DNA from: an uncultured delta proteobacterium
GTDB lineage: Bacteria; Desulfobacterota; Binatia; UBA9968
DNA: 64,000 bases
Reading direction: 5' to 3'
Assembly: GCA_963771465.1 (NCBI GenBank)
Contig: CAVYTU010000015.1
Coordinates: forward strand, 1,152,001 to 1,216,000
Both the position numbers and the translations under genes were made by a program. Positions 60,497-64,000 of this stretch are shown here, one piece after another. The notes beneath the pieces were generated by a model. That model saw nothing but the letters and a program-made list of their open reading frames with translations, made no database searches and was not told the DNA's origin. Each line of letters begins with the position of its first letter. Position 1 is the first letter of the stretch.

Positions 60497-61490
60497 CTTG
60501 CCGCGCACCGAGTTCATGGTCGCCATCGTCGCGGCCTTGCTCTCCACCGCACCGATCTGCCTGGCCGCGACAAAAGTACGGCTGGCCCAGCCGACCATCG
60601 CGGTCATGTATGCACCGCTTTATTTTGGCGCCAAGCAGGGAATACTTACCAGCGAAGGGCTTGAGCTCGAGTTCATGACGATGCGCACGGACTTGGCCAT
60701 CGCGGCTTTAGGCGCCGGCGAGGTCGACTACATCGCCCACGGCGGTGCTGCATTACGCGCCGCCGCTCAGGGTTTTCCACTCAAGTTAGTTTTCGCCCTG
60801 GACCACAAGACACCATTTTGGTTGGCGGCCCGTGCGGAGTTGAAAAATGTTGCGCAACTTAAAGGGAAAAAGATCGGCATCAGTTTTCCCGCCGACACAC
60901 CTCACATCATTCTTAAGCGCTTTTTGCGCCAGCGCCAGATCGATCCCGATCGCGACGTCACCTATGTCGCCGGCCAGTTCTCACCTATAGGTCTGCAAAG
61001 CCTTTTGGTAGGCGTGCTCGACGCCGCGGTGCTGGCGCCGCCGTTCAATGTCTTGGCCGAGGAGAAAGGTCTCAACCTGCTCTCCTATCTCGGCCAGTCG
61101 GTGCCCGATGCGGCGGTTTCCAACGGTATCGTCACTAGCGATCAAAAAATTAAATCTCGGCCTGAAGAAGTGCAACGAATGGTTCGGGCAAGTCTCAAAG
61201 CGCTTTACGCCTATCGCCGAGACAAGTTAGCAGCTATCGAATTTCTTGCCGGCCACTTCGAGATATCGGCCAAAACCGCCGCCAAGGTCTATCCCAACGC
61301 GGTCGACATACTCACTTCAGACGGACAAATCAGCCAAGAAAAACTCCGTCAGATACTCGACATGATGCAAGATACCGGCAGGAAAGAACCGTCATCGATC
61401 CTTCCCAACGAGCTGCTGAATTTCTCATTTTTGCATGCCGCTCAGAAAGAGATCGCTGCAGCCGCTAGCGGCGTTAAGCGACTGCGGTGA
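60480..61490 (+). CDS. ABC substrate-binding protein, SsuA/NMT1-like
   Basis: 'EGLELEF', 'QLKGKKIG', 'IDPDRDV'; overlaps the RND stop by 17 nt. Confidence 0.82.
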   Translation: MSKTNNLPRTEFMVAIVAALLSTAPICLAATKVRLAQPTIAVMYAPLYFGAKQGILTSEGLELEFMTMRTDLAIAALGAGEVDYIAHGGAALRAAAQGFPLKLVFALDHKTPFWLAARAELKNVAQLKGKKIGISFPADTPHIILKRFLRQRQIDPDRDVTYVAGQFSPIGLQSLLVGVLDAAVLAPPFNVLAEEKGLNLLSYLGQSVPDAAVSNGIVTSDQKIKSRPEEVQRMVRASLKALYAYRRDKLAAIEFLAGHFEISAKTAAKVYPNAVDILTSDGQISQEKLRQILDMMQDTGRKEPSSILPNELLNFSFLHAAQKEIAAAASGVKRLR

Positions 61491-61596
61491 ATGCTGAAGG
61501 ATTCAATCCCTAAATTCCTGGGTCAGACGGACTACGGTCGAGTGATAGATGGGTGTCTCTACCGTCGTATGCGCAGCTAACAACAAAAGTCCGCAG

Positions 61597-62169
61597 CTAG
61601 GATGCTTTAACTTCAAAATCATAGGCCAGCTCCAGCAGTTGCACGAGGATTCTCGCCGTCACGCCCCACACGTCCCAGCCGTTGACGTAAAAATGATAGC
61701 TGGGATGGCCGCCCGGGGACAATCGATCGTCGAGTACAAAATTGCGCCGCTCCATCAGCGATCGAATCGGCACCGACGCCACTGCCGCAGTCTCCCGCGG
61801 GTCCATGCGAAACTCGTAGTGCGCCGGAATCACGCCCACCACCGGCGTAACGACCAAACCATAGCCCGCGGTAAATTCATCCAAGCGGCCGAGTATCGTC
61901 ACTTGCGCCGGATCGATGCCGATCTCTTCCTCGCTTTCGCGTAGCGCGGTGTGAACAATATCCTTGTCGCCGGCATGGACCCGGCCGCCGGGAAAAGCGA
62001 TTTGTCCTTTGTGCGTTGGCAAGTGATCACCGCGCTGTGTGAGCACGAGATAATCGCCGTCCAGCCGTTGTTGAATCGGGATTAACACCGCCGCCGGCTT
62101 GTGGCCGTTGCCCGCGATGATTTCTGGTGTGCGCGATTTCAGAACGGCGGTAAATTTGTCGGCGACCAT
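61597..62169 (-). CDS. CoA pyrophosphatase, Nudix family (NudL-like)
   Basis: 'AAVLIP', 'LTQRG..L.THKGQIAFPGG', Nudix box 'TALRESEEEIG', 'VWGVTARIL'. Confidence 0.9.
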   Translation of the reverse strand: MVADKFTAVLKSRTPEIIAGNGHKPAAVLIPIQQRLDGDYLVLTQRGDHLPTHKGQIAFPGGRVHAGDKDIVHTALRESEEEIGIDPAQVTILGRLDEFTAGYGLVVTPVVGVIPAHYEFRMDPRETAAVASVPIRSLMERRNFVLDDRLSPGGHPSYHFYVNGWDVWGVTARILVQLLELAYDFEVKAS

Positions 62170-62251
62170 GAATAGAGAAACTTTTGACCTATGCGCGATC
62201 TATGATAGATACGTTTCAATCTAGCCAAACGAAAGGCAAAACACTAGCATC

Positions 62252-62908
62252 GTGATCGACCGCGACATCCATGCCGCCGTTCGCATTCTGCGCCGCGAAG
62301 TGCCCAAGTGGGACACGCCGGTCGTAACGCTGATGGCCGAAACCTATGAAAGTCCGTTTCGCGTCCTGATCTCCTGTATTCTCAGCCTACGCACCCAAGA
62401 CGCGACCACGGCGCAGGCTTCACACCGTTTATTCGCCGTCGCCGATTCGCCGCAAGCGATGATCAAGCTCAGCGCGAAGAAAATCGCCAAGCTTATCTAT
62501 CCCGTCGGCTTCTACAAAACCAAAGCAAAAAATATTCTCGACATCTGCCGGACGATCATCGCTGATTACAACGGCAAGGTTCCCGACGAAATCGACGAGC
62601 TGCTAAAGTTCAAAGGCGTCGGACGAAAGACCGCGAATCTCGTCGTCACCCTTGGCTACGACAAGCCCGGCATCTGCGTCGACACCCATGTGCACCGGAT
62701 TTCCAACCGCTGGGGTTATGTCAAAACCAAGACGCCCGAGAAGACCGAAGTCGCTCTGCGCGCTAAGCTGCCTAAACAGTATTGGATCGAATACAACAAT
62801 CTTTTAGTAAACTTCGGCCAACATCTATGCCGGCCGATCTCGCCGGTGTGCAGTGAGTGTCTGGTCAAGAAATACTGCAAGCAGATCGGCGTCGGTGTGA
62901 GGCGATGA
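62252..62908 (+). CDS. nth: Endonuclease III
   Basis: HhH 'LLKFKGVGRKTANLV', 'VDTHVHRISNR', Fe-S motif 'CRPISPVCSECLVKKYC'. Confidence 0.93.
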   Translation: MIDRDIHAAVRILRREVPKWDTPVVTLMAETYESPFRVLISCILSLRTQDATTAQASHRLFAVADSPQAMIKLSAKKIAKLIYPVGFYKTKAKNILDICRTIIADYNGKVPDEIDELLKFKGVGRKTANLVVTLGYDKPGICVDTHVHRISNRWGYVKTKTPEKTEVALRAKLPKQYWIEYNNLLVNFGQHLCRPISPVCSECLVKKYCKQIGVGVRR

Positions 62909-64000
62909 CCATGGCGCAGCAAATTCCCAAAGGTTATTTTGCAAAAAATATTGACGCCGTCGGTTATCACGATTTGAACGGCAAGCCGGCCTTCAAGCTG
63001 GCGCTGCAGGAAAAAAATCATCGTTGGTATCTTTATGTCGCTCACCTTTGGCACCGCGGCTGGAGCGTGCTCGACGTCAGCGATCCGGCCGCGCCGGAAT
63101 ATCGTTCTTACATTCCTGGTCCGGAAAACACCTGGACGATTCAGATCCAGGTGGCCGATGGCAAAATGATCACGGGCTTGGAAAGAATTGCGCCCGGCTG
63201 GGGCGGCACGGACGGCCAACCGGCGGCGGAAGGATTTTTCATTTTTGATGTCGACGAGCCGACCCAGCCGAAACAGATCGGCCACTTCAAAACCGGCAGC
63301 ACCGGCACGCACAGAAATTTCTACGACGGCGGCAATCTGGTCCACGCTGCCGCCGGCGCGCCGGGACTCAATGGAAAAATTTATCGAAGCGTCGATATCT
63401 CCGATTCGAGCAACCCGCGCGAGGTTGGCCGCTTCTCCCTTGCCGAACAAGCACCGGGCGCGATTACGAATGGCCTAAAATTTTCTTGCCATGGCCCGGC
63501 GCATATCGAAGGCAACCGCGCCTATCTTTCCTACGGCGACGGCGGCGGCATCATCCTCGACGTATCCGACATGGCGCAGCCGAAAATGATCAGCCAGCTC
63601 GCCTTTCGCGGCATCACGGCGACACAAGGAATCCATACTTATCTGCCGTTGCCGCGGCGCAAGATCGCCTTGATCAATGACGAAGCGATCCGCGAGAACG
63701 GCGATGAGAATCTCAATCTGGCCGGCATTGTCGACATCAGCGATGAAAAACGCCCGCGCATGCTGTCGCTCTTGCCGCTGCCCGAACCGCCGGTTGAGAG
63801 TGAATTGAAGAATTTCTACGAGAAAGCCGGCCGCTTCGGTCCACATAACCATCATCACCCCAACCACCAAGCCTGTCTCGAAGATCGCGACGACGTTGCC
63901 TACCTAACCTATTTCAATGCCGGCCTGCGCGTGTATGACATCCGCGATGCTCGCCAGCCGAAAGAGATCGGCTATTTCGTGCCGGCCGATCCGCTGGTGA
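62905..64000 (+). CDS. LVIVD-repeat beta-propeller protein (3'-truncated by window edge; missing from the ORF track)
   Basis: Open frame from the ATGA overlap with nth to the window end: 'WSVLDVSDP', 'FIFDVDEP', 'GTHRNFY', 'IILDVSD', 'IHTYLP', 'RFGPHN', 'YFNAGLRVYDIRD..QPKEIGYFVP'. Confidence 0.85.
   Translation, partial: MTMAQQIPKGYFAKNIDAVGYHDLNGKPAFKLALQEKNHRWYLYVAHLWHRGWSVLDVSDPAAPEYRSYIPGPENTWTIQIQVADGKMITGLERIAPGWGGTDGQPAAEGFFIFDVDEPTQPKQIGHFKTGSTGTHRNFYDGGNLVHAAAGAPGLNGKIYRSVDISDSSNPREVGRFSLAEQAPGAITNGLKFSCHGPAHIEGNRAYLSYGDGGGIILDVSDMAQPKMISQLAFRGITATQGIHTYLPLPRRKIALINDEAIRENGDENLNLAGIVDISDEKRPRMLSLLPLPEPPVESELKNFYEKAGRFGPHNHHHPNHQACLEDRDDVAYLTYFNAGLRVYDIRDARQPKEIGYFVPADPLV

Overview
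A 64-kb chromosomal window from a GC-rich diderm bacterium. Gene content (many orphan periplasmic binding proteins, class III CoA-transferases, MmgE/PrpD, M24/VOC enzymes, bicupin + EutA-like) and the intergenic repeat families resemble Candidatus Binatia/Deltaproteobacteria-like genomes; this is an inference, not a tested placement. Housekeeping genes: dinB, hemE-hemH-hemY, lnt, a CoA-Nudix hydrolase and nth. The rest is mainly uptake and catabolic accessory genes: one complete sugar ABC transporter, 14 substrate-binding proteins plus one fragment without adjacent cognate ABC/TTT permeases, a CoA-transferase/PrpD/paired acyl-CoA dehydrogenase cluster, and a DUF1302-DUF1329-YCF48-RND envelope system. 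I saw no rRNA, tRNA, CRISPR array or transposase. About a dozen genes carry single-base indels that look like long-read assembly errors. Best candidates for undescribed biology: (1) a bicupin plus EutA-like ASKHA ATPase with no eutBC, followed by SBPs, VOC proteins and two M24-fold paralogs that share the same rewired active site (E/Q/H/K/G instead of D/D/H/E/E); (2) a ~250-bp non-coding element present twice (30017-30266 and 45427-45674), starting at CTAG and containing a long G-T-tolerant hairpin; (3) several families of 7- and 9-mer periodic palindromic repeats at gene junctions, one of which abuts a 5'-truncated gene.
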